Counted from the whole stretch's first letter, positions 32,365 to 44,493 are shown. The stretch is DNA of 63,154 nucleotides, filler included, from Trichomonas gallinae (GCA_008369845.1; 7 parts of 7 records of this genome joined end to end with filler, not necessarily neighbours in it), one strand, 5' to 3'. Notes: generated by a model from the letters alone, not told the origin. Numbers and translations: made by a program.

Positions 32365-34219
32365 AATAATGTGAAATTAACGATCATGTCAAAATTTTAT
32401 TGAGCATTTTATTTATAAGTATTTTCTAATGCATTTTTAATGAAAATTTTCAATATAAAATTTTTGTGAGATTTCTAAGAATTTTTCAATGAGATGAAAA
32501 TAATTTTTCAAATCATTAAAATATTATTATATACATTGTGGTAAGCATTTTTATAAATGAATTTTTTGAGAAGAACGGATGAAATTGAATGGTCTTAAAA
32601 GGTGTGATTTTATAAGATTAAAAAATTATGATTTTTATAATTGATAGACAATATAGATACTATTTTTGACCAATACGAAATAATTTTGCGAGAAATTGTT
32701 ACCAAAAATTTTTTCCTATAAAAATAATAGTAAATATATACAATCATTTTGTCGTGAATTCACGATGACACTTTTCACATCGGCAGTTCTTGAATTAGAT
32801 ATCTGTTTTTGAAATGTTTGTTTGACAAGCATATTGGAAATGAATTCCGAAAATAGTTTTTGGTTAAAGTTTGTCACTTTTGGGTTTTTACGTCAGATTT
32901 ATGAGATCTTTGAACTTGATTTTTCTTTTTATCGTTGGACAAATATCTCTAAAATCGTATCTGCATTTGATATAACATTTTTCCACTCGCTATCATAAGA
33001 TTTGACAATTTACGCACCTAAAATCTGCCCCGTCAGATTTGTTATAACGATTATTTTCTCATCAAAATTAATAATAACAAAAATCTTAATCATAAGCCAT
33101 ATTATCAAATATTTACAAGGTTTTTTATATGCTTTCGCGCCCGTAAAAGTTATAATTTTTGTATCAAAGTTGCTTGTTAAAAAATGAATGTTTATAGATA
33201 ACAACGAACAAGATTCGTAGAATAACTTCATTGTTGTGTACAAAACCTTACCATGAAGTCTGATTTAAATGATATAGGAAAATTGAGAAAATTTTGAAAT
33301 ATTACATTGTTTTGCTTAGTGGTTTTGATTTCAAACCCATTAGCAGCTAATTAGAAACATAATATCACAATATTGTTTCAATAAGGCAAGCATCAAAGAT
33401 TGGATAAAAACTGGCATGTAAATTTGTAATTTTGTCATGTAAAATTGATTATTTCACAGTCGTGAATAAGAATTTCTGAAAAGTTGCTTAATTAATGCTA
33501 TGCCATTGTTATCGTTCATGTACTAATTTTAACTGGTCAAAATATGATGATCACAGGACGATGATTTTTCCTATCGATTGTTTCGTCGCACAAATTTTCG
33601 ATGAGTATGATGAATTTGCACGTATATTTGATCATGTTAAGGGTAAGCAGTATGAAATTTAGTACTGGTTTGCATAATGCACGAATAAAAGTTGAACAAA
33701 AACAGATTCTGGCGCAAATAATTATTAAATTCGCCATAAATTATACAGCCAACTCCACTTTATGTAATTAAATGATCTGTATAGGTCTGATAGTCGGCAG
33801 GGATAGTATTAAAAATGACGATTTTTTCCAAATCTTAATGATTACGAATCCATTTCCACGCTGCCGAATTTGCATAAACATGCTATATTTGCATTATTAA
33901 TCCATCGACCAGTTATAACACTCACAAAATTTTTTACCGAAATAATATTTTCAATATTCTTTACTGGTATTAATTTTGGAGTTAAAATTTAATTTGTTAA
34001 AAGTTTAAAATGACATGTAAAAATGAGTATAATAGTGTTATAAATGTAAATATAGCGTTTCTCGTGATTTTCCATGTTTGAGAGAAATACGATTACGTTA
34101 TTCAGAAAACTCTCATCGTTTTAATTCAAAAATACTATTTGGTAAACTATAAAGTGATAAATATATATTTTTTAACGAAAAAAATTTGAAAATCTATCTC
34201 ACTTCACTTTTCGAAAGGA

Positions 34220-35596
34220 ATGGAATTACCTTTTGCCGAATCATGGAAAATCAAGATGGTTGAGCCGATCCGTAAGAGCACACGCGAACAGAGAGAGCAA
34301 TGGCTGAAGGAGGCACACTACAACGTCTTCCAGCTCACAGCAGACAAAGTATACATTGACTTGCTCACAGACTCAGGCACAGGCGCTATGAGTGATCGCC
34401 AGTGGTCTGCTTTGATGCTCGGTGATGAATCATATGCTGGAGCTTCATCATTCCTTAAGCTCAAGGAGACAATCACAAGAATCACAGGCTTCGAGTATGT
34501 CATCCCAACCCACCAGGGACGTGCTGCTGAGAACGTCCTCTTCTCCTACCTCGTCAAGGCTGGAGACCACGTTCCAGGAAACTCACACTTTGACACAACA
34601 AAGGGTCACATCGAAGGCCGCAAGGCTCACGCCGTTGACTGCACAGTTGACATCGCCAAGGACACACAGGCTGAGGTCCCATTCAAGGGTAACGTCGATA
34701 TCAAGAAGCTCGAGAAGGAACTTGAAGAGAATAAGGATAAGATCCCATTCATCATCGTCACAATCACAAACAACACAGCAGGTGGCCAGCCAGTCTCCAT
34801 GCAGAACCTTCGCGAAGTCCACGAGCTCGCAAAGAAGTATAACAAACCAGTTTTATTCGATTCCGCTCGTTTCGCTGAAAACGCCTACTTCATCAAGGTC
34901 CGTGAAGAGGGCTATGCAAACAAGACTATCAAGGAGATCTGCCTCGAGATGTTCACATATGCTGATGGTATGACCATGTCAGCCAAGAAGGATGGCCTCG
35001 TCAACATGGGTGGCTTCATTGCTACACGCAAGCAGGAGTGGTACGAAGGCGCTAAGAGCTTCTGCATCATGTACGAAGGATACTTGACATACGGTGGTAT
35101 GAACGGACGTGACATGAACGCTCTCGCTGCTGGCCTCGAAGAGAACACAGAGTTCGACATGCTCGAAACACGTATCAAGCAAGTCGAATACCTCGCGAAG
35201 AGATTAGATGAGTACGGTATCCCATACCAGCGCCCAGCTGGTGGTCACGCCATCTTCCTTGATGCTAGGAAGATCCTCACACACGTTCCAGCTGAGGAAT
35301 TCCCAGCTCAGACACTGACATGCGAATTGTATCTCGAAGCTGGCATTCGTGGTGTCGAAATCGGTTACATCCTTGCCGACAGAGACCCAGAGACACGTGA
35401 GAACCGCTTTGGTGGCCTTGATCTCCTCAGACTCGCCATCCCACGTCGTGTTTACACAAACAACCACATGAACGTCGTCGCTGTCGCCATCAAGAACGTC
35501 TTCGACCGCCGTGAGTCAATCAAGCGCGGCCTCAAGATCACATGGGAAGCTGAACTCCTGCGCCACTTCACAGTTCAGCTTGAACCACTCAAGTAA
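34220..35596 (+). CDS. tnaA: Tryptophanase (PLP-dependent tryptophan indole-lyase)
   Basis: IDLLTDSGT, THQGRAAE, NTAGGQPVS, SAKKDG (PLP lysine) and RLAIPRRVYT motifs. The C-terminal LRHFT has His, as in tryptophanase, rather than Phe as in tyrosine phenol-lyase. Inr TCACTTTT lies upstream. Confidence 0.93.
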   Translation: MELPFAESWKIKMVEPIRKSTREQREQWLKEAHYNVFQLTADKVYIDLLTDSGTGAMSDRQWSALMLGDESYAGASSFLKLKETITRITGFEYVIPTHQGRAAENVLFSYLVKAGDHVPGNSHFDTTKGHIEGRKAHAVDCTVDIAKDTQAEVPFKGNVDIKKLEKELEENKDKIPFIIVTITNNTAGGQPVSMQNLREVHELAKKYNKPVLFDSARFAENAYFIKVREEGYANKTIKEICLEMFTYADGMTMSAKKDGLVNMGGFIATRKQEWYEGAKSFCIMYEGYLTYGGMNGRDMNALAAGLEENTEFDMLETRIKQVEYLAKRLDEYGIPYQRPAGGHAIFLDARKILTHVPAEEFPAQTLTCELYLEAGIRGVEIGYILADRDPETRENRFGGLDLLRLAIPRRVYTNNHMNVVAVAIKNVFDRRESIKRGLKITWEAELLRHFTVQLEPLK

Positions 35597-36023
35597 GCTC
35601 AGTCTAATTCTATTAAGCTGATATAAACAATTTAGTCCATTATTCTACAAATATTATACAATTTTTCGTATCTCCAAAATTTTTGATTTTTATTGTCTAA
35701 TAAAATTCTTAAATTCAGTTAAATTTCTTCAATATTAGGTTAATCTAGCTCATATTCATGTTAAATATAAAAAAAATCAAAAAATTTGATATATCTAACA
35801 AAAAAAGCCAAAATCTTAACATCAGATATTAATACCGAACCCAGTCATTATAGTATAACATAAATAACACAACTCAAGATTTAATTAAATATTTTTCGAA
35901 AAATGTAATGAAATCAATTGATTTCAAAAATATGAAATGCAGCAAATTTGCAAGCAGTGGCATTAGTAATAGATTTCGAATTAATAGTGATATTGATAAA
36001 TTATTTTTAGCTTTTAAAACAGT

Positions 36024-36374
36024 TTATTGCTTGTCAAGACGATCAACAGCTTCTTGTACTTGTGCCTGGATTTGTAATGACCAAGCGCGGACGTCTCCAA
36101 TCTCTTTGACAGCACGATCAAGATCATTGATCATTGCTGCCCATTTTCCGAGCTCATTATTGAATTTTTCCCATTCATCGCGGACAGACTTGCATTTACG
36201 ATCAATTTCTTTTTGATTGGCTAAAATTTGTTCAGAACCCTTTGTTAACTTGTCGAAAACAGCATCACTAAGCTGTGGAAGAGACTGCTCAACTATTTTG
36301 GTTTCAAGCTCCTTCATATGAGCTTTCTTCTCTTTCTGTTTTTCTTTATGCTCTTCAGCAATAGCTTTAAACAT
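36024..36374 (-). CDS. BLOC1S1: BLOC-1/BORC subunit 1 (GCN5L1-like)
   Basis: NQKEID...W...INDLDRAVKEIGDVRAWS pattern. Confidence 0.8.
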   Translation of the reverse strand: MFKAIAEEHKEKQKEKKAHMKELETKIVEQSLPQLSDAVFDKLTKGSEQILANQKEIDRKCKSVRDEWEKFNNELGKWAAMINDLDRAVKEIGDVRAWSLQIQAQVQEAVDRLDKQ

Positions 36375-36516
36375 AAAATATTGTCACGTTTTTGAAACTT
36401 TACTTGTCATAAAAAAAAATTCGACATGAAATTGTCAAAAAAAATATATAAAACTTGAGTTTGATATATGTAAAACATGACATGTGTAAGATCATAGTTA
36501 TGCTGTTTTAGGTCAA

Positions 36517-36759
36517 GGGTCCGCTACCCGACCAAATAGCGACCTCAATTTTTCAATGTGTAATTGAAAATTATCGTTTTGCTCAGAAAAATAAACTCAC
36601 TTTTTAAAGTAATCTAATGCGCTAACAATATGCATCACTTTGTAGGTGGTGCTAGTATCATCTAAAAAATAATTCTCTCGCTTAATAGGTCCTAATACTC
36701 ACTTTTGGAGAGATCATCCAAAAAGAGACGATAGACCGCTATTTGGCCGGAACGGACCC
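36517..36759. mobile_element. 243-bp TTAA-site MITE (Kolobok-like termini)
   Basis: Left GGGTCCGCTACCCGACCAAATAGCG; right end reverse complement GGGTCCGTTCCGGCCAAATAGCG. Flanks are TCAA / TTAA. Confidence 0.72.
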
Positions 36760-37278
36760 TTAAAAGTCGGAAAAAACCAGAAAATTGGGGGCGAAATTAT
36801 CGTTAACATCCACCCGAATTTTGGAATAAATGTTACTAATTGATACTTGCATGCAAGTATGGCTCAGAGATGTGTTTTTCATACTTACACTGTATGATGC
36901 TATGATTCCACAGTGGAAATAAAAATAGTTTGCTATTTTTTTTATTGAAAAAGGATTTGATAATTCCAATATTATACTCTTCAAGCACATTTGTTTAAAT
37001 AATATATGACTTAGACTGAGATTCTATTTTATATATTAAACAAAATAAATGATAAACTTCTATAGAATGTCACTGTAGAAAATGTCATGTAAAACTAAAT
37101 TTTGTAATGTAAAGTGTTTATTTGGTACATAAAATTTGTAAATGTCAAAAAAAATAAAGAAAATGATATGACATGTAAATATTATTTATGCTGTGTAATT
37201 GTAATCTACTTGTCAAAAATATGAAAATTGAAAAGGATTTTATAAATATTTGTCGTGTAAATCGGCACTTTTTAAATA

Positions 37279-39315
37279 ATGTCGAAGAAAACAATTACAA
37301 AGCCCATTAGTGATGTTCCTCAATTTTACAGCGACGAACAAAGGAATTTAGCTAATCTCGCTCTTTTCGAGGAAAATGTATATCTTTGCTATGAAAAACT
37401 CTACAAATTAGAGATAAAAGGATTAATTGCAAAAAACAACATCACATTTCAATGGGTTCCAGCAGCAGATATTCCATTCACGCAGCGTAAAGGCCAGAAA
37501 ATGATCTCGATTCCAAATGGAATTGCGTTTTTCGGCGGCGAAGATGAAGATAAAATTATTTACAACGATTTATGGATTTGGAATGGAACTGATTGGGAGT
37601 ACCTCGCTACAAACATCCCGCCCCTCGTTTCGCCTGCCGCTTGCTACGCTGGCGAAAACAAGATTTTAATTCACGGCGGAGTTCTTGAAGGAAACGTTTA
37701 CAACAAGAACACGTTTTACTTCGTTGACTTAGAAACATCCGCTACAAACGAAATTTCAATCAATTTCCCCGAAAATTTACATTCGCATACAATTACTCTT
37801 CTTTCTAATGGAAAATTCATCCTTTACGGTGGAACATCGGCAGATGGAGTCTCCAGCAAATTATACACTATCGATTTCGAAACAAGAACATTCGAAAGAA
37901 TCGAATCTCCATATGATATCGCAGTAACAGGGCACTACACCGCGGAGATTTACACGCTGTTGTTTTGCGTCGGTGGATACGATCAGGGTGGAAATCCTGC
38001 ATATATGTGGCTTTTTAACTTCGACCACAATATCTGGTTCAGATATAAGCCAGATACATCCTTCCAAGGCGTGTTCGTGTATACCTCTAGCGCTGTCAAT
38101 AATGGTGTTGCGTTCCATTGCATTTCTAGAAACTTAGATACATTTTTGACATATTCTATATGTAAAACACCGCCAAAATGCAGTATCAAGGACACACAGA
38201 ACTTCACAAAATTCGTCTCCAACCAGATAAAGTCGACAATTCAAGAATTCGCAATTCCAAGTCGTAAAAATTCGATAGATTCAAAACTTCTTGAAATTCG
38301 TGATCAGTTCCACGCAAAAGCTGCTCAATCTGGAATAGCACCAGAAACTATTATGCTTTCAAAGACTATTTTCGATGATTTAGATAAATTGAATGAAGTT
38401 AAATTCAGAATTATCAGCCTTCAGAGTAATATCAAACTTCAGCAGTCTACACGTCAGCGTGAATTCAAGGAGCCATCGCATTATGACCGCGCAAAATTCG
38501 TCGAACTTCGAAAATTCATTGAAAAATCAAAGAACGAGCGTAAAACAGCACGCCAGCAGTCAATCGAACTCAACCAGCAAATAGATAGACTCTCATTTTC
38601 AAATTATATAGCAAATATCAAAAGTCGAAGATTAATGGACTGCACGAACGAAGAAATCGACCGCAAATTAGCTAAAAGCCAGCAGCTTGCCCAGCTCATT
38701 TCATCAATGCGCGAAGAAAGAGATACTCTAGCACGTCATCGCGCCGAAGAATCTAAAACTGAAATGGAAAACGCACGAACAGAAGTTGTTCTTTTAGATC
38801 AGATAGGAGCATCATGGGAAGAAGCAGACAGACTCAGAGCAGCCTCCTACGAGTCTAAAAACGCTTGCTTGAACATCATAGTTAAACTCATTGAACTAAG
38901 AATCCAAATTCTCGACTCACTCGTCGAACTAAACCTCAACCAGCGCCACGATTACGTCGCTCAAGCTGAGACGCCGTCGAAGTGCATGAGTGTCACGAAG
39001 ATGATCCAGAAGAAGCGTTCTCTAGTAAAAGACGTCGAGAAGCAAATTAACGACCTATTTATCAGAACACACAAAAGCGACAGTGAAAGAATCCAAGAGC
39101 TTCAGAACTGCATTGAAGACATCGGTGCCTGGGCCAGTGCTGCCAAAGAGGTCTGCACTGAAGTCAAGAAGCCGCTGCCGCAGCTTGGTAATGTTCCGAG
39201 AGAGAAATTCGCTTTGGAGAAGTTAGATATCTTCATCTCTTCGCTCTCTGAGTACGAATACGACTTTGAGCTCAAGGACTACACAAGCTTCATATTCAGG
39301 CAGTCAGAGAAGTAA
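37279..39315 (+). CDS. Kelch-repeat protein with coiled-coil C-terminus
   Basis: Repeated FFGG/IHGG/LYGG/VGG...W kelch blades, then a heptad-rich region. Confidence 0.85.
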   Translation: MSKKTITKPISDVPQFYSDEQRNLANLALFEENVYLCYEKLYKLEIKGLIAKNNITFQWVPAADIPFTQRKGQKMISIPNGIAFFGGEDEDKIIYNDLWIWNGTDWEYLATNIPPLVSPAACYAGENKILIHGGVLEGNVYNKNTFYFVDLETSATNEISINFPENLHSHTITLLSNGKFILYGGTSADGVSSKLYTIDFETRTFERIESPYDIAVTGHYTAEIYTLLFCVGGYDQGGNPAYMWLFNFDHNIWFRYKPDTSFQGVFVYTSSAVNNGVAFHCISRNLDTFLTYSICKTPPKCSIKDTQNFTKFVSNQIKSTIQEFAIPSRKNSIDSKLLEIRDQFHAKAAQSGIAPETIMLSKTIFDDLDKLNEVKFRIISLQSNIKLQQSTRQREFKEPSHYDRAKFVELRKFIEKSKNERKTARQQSIELNQQIDRLSFSNYIANIKSRRLMDCTNEEIDRKLAKSQQLAQLISSMREERDTLARHRAEESKTEMENARTEVVLLDQIGASWEEADRLRAASYESKNACLNIIVKLIELRIQILDSLVELNLNQRHDYVAQAETPSKCMSVTKMIQKKRSLVKDVEKQINDLFIRTHKSDSERIQELQNCIEDIGAWASAAKEVCTEVKKPLPQLGNVPREKFALEKLDIFISSLSEYEYDFELKDYTSFIFRQSEK

Positions 39316-39946
39316 TTATTTTATTATTTGTTAGTTTTTCTGTTAAATAAAAAAAAATTTCATTCATGATTTGAAAAAATCATCAGCATTTTTAATCACA
39401 ATATTATTAATCTCCATAATATATACACAATTAACAATTCACCTTTAAAAATGATAAAATTAAATTATAAGTAAAGACATTATGCTTCGGCTAATTGATA
39501 TATTATTAATTTCCACGATATATAAGCAAACCACAATTTACTTTTAATATTTATTAAACCCAAATAAATAAAAACAAAATATTGAGAAAAATAAAGATAT
39601 TTTTCTTTGGCTAACTGGCAAATTAGATATTTTTTGATGATTAATGGAATTTTGTTGTCTAATAATGTGTTATCCATACAAAAAATGTCAAAAAGTGATG
39701 AATCGAAAAATGATAAAAATAAGTGAATGTTTTGATAAACTAGGCAAAATATATGATGTGTTATGGGCTGTTTTGTCTGTGGATGAATGATGCAGAAAAA
39801 TAATGTTTTTGACATGTAAAATGTCAAATTTTCCGGTTAAGTGATATGACATATTTTCCATATCGTTTTGGATAAAAAACTAAAAATACCTAAAATATTT
39901 TTTAGTAAATTTACTTGAGGTAGGGAGAAGAGAGATAAAAAAGAAT

Positions 39947-41368
39947 TTACTTGCTGATATCACCAAGGAACTTCGTGAAGACAGCAGCAAACTTGCCGGT
40001 GTACTCGATGTTGAGTGACTCATCGTAGCCGTGTGGGTTTGAGTCTGTGCCGGCAGCACCTGTGACAATGATCTGTGCCTCTGGCCAGAGGGACTGGAGC
40101 TTGTTGCAGAGTGGGATGGAGCCACCTTCGCCGTAGTAGAGTGGCTTCTGTCCAAAGACCTCCTGTGAGGCGCCTTCGAGAGCAGCAGATGTCTTGGCAT
40201 CGAAGTCGCGGCCGTTCCAGCCATTGCCTGCGCCGAGGGACTTGAATGTGACCTTGGCGCCGTACGGTGGGTCGCGGACGAGCTCGTTCTTCATAGCTTC
40301 AAGAGCCTTCTCGGCATCGACGCCTGGTGGAAGGCGGAGGGAAAGCTTGAGGCCTGTAGATGTACGGATGACGTTTGAGCCCTCGGAGATGATTGGGAGA
40401 CCGGACTGACCTGTGACAGCGAGACCTGGCTTCCATGCCTTGTTGATGAGGAGCTCGCCGTGGTCCTTGGAGAGGAGCTGAGCGCCTGGGAGTGGAGAAA
40501 CGATTTCGACGGAAGCTTCGCCTAATTGCTTAGCGATTTCGTGGCACTGGGCGATACGGTTCTGTGGGATCTCGACGTGAGCCTCCTTGAGCTTGATTTC
40601 GCCTGTCTGCTCGTCTTCGATACGTGAGAGGAGCATTCTTGCGATACGGAATGTATCTGGGACGAGGCCTGTAGCCATACCAGAGTGGCATGGTGTGGAA
40701 AGATGCTGGATCTCGAGGACGCCCATAGCGACGCCACGAAGTGACTTGCAGCACCAGACTGTCTTATAATCTTCTGCCTCAGCGTCGATGACCATAATGA
40801 CGCCAACATCGCCGATGTGTGGGCGGAGCTTGTCGAGATAGTTGATGATTTCGTCATCGCCGGACTCTTCGCCTGTTTCCATGAGCATTGTGATCTTTGG
40901 ATGTGGGAGGTTGTGTTCCTGGAGATACTTGATAGCTGTGATGACTAAGAAGCCCTCATAGCAGTCATCGTTTGAACCACGGCCGTAGATCTTGTTTCCG
41001 CGGACGACTGGAACTGTAGCACCACCTGTTGACCAGCCAGCAGCGTCGAGGTGTGGCATCTTGTCGAGATGTCCGTATGTGAGGACAGCTGGAACTGGAT
41101 GATCAGCTGTAGATTCGATTTCGACCATAAGAAGTGGCTCTTTCTTTGGCTCCTCGAATGTTGTGATCTTGCAACCCTTAAGGTTCTGAGCCTTGATCCA
41201 GTCAGCCATGTAGTGGAGGGCCTTGTAGACTAATCCGTTCTCATAATAGTGCTCATCGTAGCCTGGAGAGAGGTTCGGGATCTCGATGATGCCCTTGAGG
41301 CCCTCGAGAGCGAAACCGCCCTCAGACCATGCCTGCTCGCAATACTTGATACACTCCTGTGTGTTCAT
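39947..41368 (-). CDS. M20-family metallopeptidase (Cys-Gly dipeptidase/ArgE-like)
   Basis: YGHLDK, YGRGSNDD, ETGEESG, HSG, GEGGSIP and NPHGYDE motifs; strong codon bias. Confidence 0.92.
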   Translation of the reverse strand: MNTQECIKYCEQAWSEGGFALEGLKGIIEIPNLSPGYDEHYYENGLVYKALHYMADWIKAQNLKGCKITTFEEPKKEPLLMVEIESTADHPVPAVLTYGHLDKMPHLDAAGWSTGGATVPVVRGNKIYGRGSNDDCYEGFLVITAIKYLQEHNLPHPKITMLMETGEESGDDEIINYLDKLRPHIGDVGVIMVIDAEAEDYKTVWCCKSLRGVAMGVLEIQHLSTPCHSGMATGLVPDTFRIARMLLSRIEDEQTGEIKLKEAHVEIPQNRIAQCHEIAKQLGEASVEIVSPLPGAQLLSKDHGELLINKAWKPGLAVTGQSGLPIISEGSNVIRTSTGLKLSLRLPPGVDAEKALEAMKNELVRDPPYGAKVTFKSLGAGNGWNGRDFDAKTSAALEGASQEVFGQKPLYYGEGGSIPLCNKLQSLWPEAQIIVTGAAGTDSNPHGYDESLNIEYTGKFAAVFTKFLGDISK

Positions 41369-42716
41369 TAAAAAAAAGTGAAATATTTTTGTAAACTTCT
41401 CAAAATAGTTTTGTCACTTTTTAAATTTAAAATTATGTCACTTTTTTGAAATTTTTTTATTCACAAAACACCTTTTTATATAATAGTGAATATATTTATA
41501 ATTAAAAGTGACATAGATTTTTTTATATTCGCCAATCTTAAAATCTGCTAAAATATAAACTATTTAGCTATTATATGTTGTTTATTTATAATTAATATGC
41601 ATTTTTCTTGTTTGGTTGGTGATAATCGGATTCGAATTTCGTCATGGAAAACGAATTAGGCTTGATCTAACCTATGGAAAGGCTCTGTTCGTTGTTGAGG
41701 TGTCAGATGTTTGTGTGTTTTGTCATAATCAGAAAACCTCAACTCTTCGACATCCGAAAAATTTTGGACGATAACTTGCGAACAAAAAGGGCACGAAAAG
41801 AGCATGCTTCTTGATGCACTTGCTTCACTATTTCACGATTTATCCACAAATCACTCACTGTGACTTTTGTTAGGCAATCTTTCTTCATTCTCAGAGTGAA
41901 TCTTGGTCACTAACTCTATTATTATCACTAACAACATGACTTGGTACTGCAGAATTTATAGACTTACATTGATTTTTATCAAAATCAATTTTAATCGGAA
42001 TATTTTTCTTGAAAATAGCCATTGTAATGCTTCGAAATCATTTATATGTGCATATGGTTTTATGTTAAGCTACTCAATTTCAATTTCCTTGATATTTTCA
42101 TCTTTTTTCAAATAAATTCTTTTTAAAATGAAGAATTCACGCAACCTACCAATAATATGTCTAAAAATATAGAAGCAGAAATGCAGAAATTATTTGTATC
42201 AATAGAGAATTTTGAATGTCTTGTAAAGCCATTTAAAAACTCATTTATTGAAATGGTTTGGATGAGCTTTATAATATTATTAAAGTCACAAATATTTCCG
42301 GAAGTAAATAAAAATTTAACTAATACGGAATAATTTGATTTTTATATCCTTAACGTTTATAATTGCCTCTTTGCTAAACTCCATCAATTAAAATTAAAAT
42401 CAACGTTGAATTTTGATTCAATCTCGATTTTTGCTATTTTAGATATAGTACGATCTTATATAGTAAATAATAGATAAAATTCAAAACGTGACATTAAAAT
42501 TTTCCAAAATTGACACATCAAGTGATCCCCACTATTTCTAACATACATATAATGTAAATATCTTATTTTCCTAAATCACAGTTATCCAACTTTCACTTTT
42601 GCTTTTTTTCATCAATACAAAAACATATAAAGCGAAAAAGAATATGTGAGTAAATATGCCCACTTTTTCAAATGTTTGATGTAATAATTGAAAAAAAAAA
42701 TTGAAAGCAAATAACG

Positions 42717-43619
42717 ATGTGGGGATCAGATGATCATTTTTTATCAGCAATGGTTGAAGAGTTTGATTCCAAAGTTTCTCCAACATTATTGATCCCATTG
42801 TACTATAGAGCAAAGGAGTCTGAACGCGGAAACGATGCAATATTGCATGATCCAAAGGCTGAAGAATTAGTCAAACAAATAAAATGGGATTTTTCTCAGT
42901 ATCCAATGGACTATAAAACATCTATCGGTTGTCCGGTTCGCGCGTGGTACTTTGACGCGCATGTTGTTGATTTCATCAAGAAATATTCAAAGGAAGGAAA
43001 ATGCATCGTTGCAAATCTCGGCTGCGGTCTTGACACAAGAGCAGAAAGACTTGAAGAGATAGCAGCCAAAGACAAAGATTTGTCACTTGATGATGTAATA
43101 TTCGTTGAGCTGGATCTGCCTGATGTGATTGAATATAGAAAGAAACTGCTTCCACCAAAAGAAAATCAGAACTACATCCCGATGTCACTTTTTGACATAC
43201 AGTGGATGAAGGACTTAATCAACAAGTATGGAAAAGTCAACTACATGTTTGTCTCTGAAGGAGTTTTTCCATATTTCACTAATGATGAGATCCAGAAGTT
43301 TTTCAATGACTTAGCAAATGAATTCACGAACGATAATTCACTTCATCGTGAAATATGGTTTGACACAACTGGAAGTAAACAAGTGAATAACAAGAAGGTA
43401 CAATCAGAATCTCTAAAGGCCCACCAAGGTGCTGACCTTAAAATGATGGTTGATGATCCACACCTGATCGAACAATGGAATGAAAAATATAAATTGATTC
43501 AGCAGAATTTTTATAATGATTTCCATAAGCGTCGATGGGGTATCATCTTTGGATATCTCTTGCCATATGTATTCGATATGTCGCAATACTGTTTCTTTCT
43601 TGGCTATTGCTTAAATTAA
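42717..43619 (+). CDS. SAM-dependent methyltransferase, LCM/TcmP-like (bacterial-type)
   Basis: TLLIPLYYRAKES, NLGCGLDTR, LDLPDVIEYRKKLLP and SEGVFPY motifs. Confidence 0.88.
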   Translation: MWGSDDHFLSAMVEEFDSKVSPTLLIPLYYRAKESERGNDAILHDPKAEELVKQIKWDFSQYPMDYKTSIGCPVRAWYFDAHVVDFIKKYSKEGKCIVANLGCGLDTRAERLEEIAAKDKDLSLDDVIFVELDLPDVIEYRKKLLPPKENQNYIPMSLFDIQWMKDLINKYGKVNYMFVSEGVFPYFTNDEIQKFFNDLANEFTNDNSLHREIWFDTTGSKQVNNKKVQSESLKAHQGADLKMMVDDPHLIEQWNEKYKLIQQNFYNDFHKRRWGIIFGYLLPYVFDMSQYCFFLGYCLN

Positions 43620-43902
43620 AACTTTATCTTTATCATTATAGATTTTTCATAACGTTAAAAAATATCTACACTTTTCTAAAATCGGATTTTTTTTTTTTTC
43701 ACGAATAAAAAAATAAAAATTAAAGGGTCAACTCCGGCAAATAAGGATCTAGAAATTTGAGAATTAACAAGATGTAAATTCAGCAGCCATATATGCAAGT
43801 AGGAAAACAGCTTATATGGATATATCCAAAAAAAACTTTTGTTCGATATATATACCTTCAAATTCACACATAACTTTATTTGGACTCAAAAATCAAAATC
43901 TT

Positions 43903-44178
43903 GATGTTAATGAAACTTAGATTTGGGCTTCAAAAGAAGGTCATCATGAAGTTGTCAAACTTGTTCTCACAGTTCCTGGAATTGATGTCAACGCAAAAGA
44001 TAATGACAACAATACAGCTTTGCATTATTCTTCATATTATGGCTGTTATAAGTTGTCAAACTTCTTCTCACAGTTCCTGGAATAGATGCCAATTCAAAAG
44101 ACAGTGACAACAAAAGACCTTTGATATATGCTTCATAAATAGGTCATCAAAAAATTATCAAAACTCTTCTCTCTGTGA
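43903..44178 (+). pseudogene. Ankyrin-repeat pseudogene
   Basis: WASKEGHHEVVKLVLTVPGIDVNAKDNDNNTALHY, then a frameshift and an in-frame stop. Confidence 0.75.
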
Positions 44179-44274
44179 GAAAGAATAGTTTTCCATAGAA
44201 GTGATTCAACTCGATTTTTTGCGAATTTCGAACTAATTTTGTGATAATTAGAATTGTTGATATATGTGATTTAT

Positions 44275-44374
44275 NNNNNNNNNNNNNNNNNNNNNNNNNN
44301 NNNNNNNNNNNNNNNNNNTTAATTAATTAANNNNNNNNNNNNNNNNNNNNNNNNNNNNNNNNNNNNNNNNNNNN
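44275..44374. other. Artificial contig linker
   Basis: N44-TTAATTAATTAA-N44. Confidence 0.97.
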
Positions 44375-44469
44375 CGCTGGACGTAGTCAGTCTTAGCCTC
44401 ACGCCGCCTGCGGAACTTTGTTTGGAAGCGGGAGAAGTAACCTGTGTTCTTAACAACCTTAGCAGACAT
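44375..44469 (-). CDS. RPL5: 60S ribosomal protein L5 (uL18), 5' fragment truncated at the contig end
   Basis: MSAKVVKNTGYFSRFQTKFRRRREAKTDY. Confidence 0.9.
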
Positions 44470-44475
44470 CGAAAT

Positions 44476-44493
44476 AAAAGGTCGACCAAAACC
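44476..44493 (-). promoter_or_regulatory. M5-type (CCTTT) core promoter element of RPL5
   Basis: GGTTTTGGTCGACCTTTT ending 6 nt before the ATG. Confidence 0.6.

Noticed and set aside
33500..33900. Coding-like remnant upstream of tnaA (possible tnaC-like leader)
   Set aside because: Interrupted by stops, with no tnaC-like WxxxDxxxxxxxP peptide. tnaA has its own Inr.
41620..41900. GC-richer intergenic patch
   Set aside because: No intact ORF and no tRNA or other RNA fold recognised.
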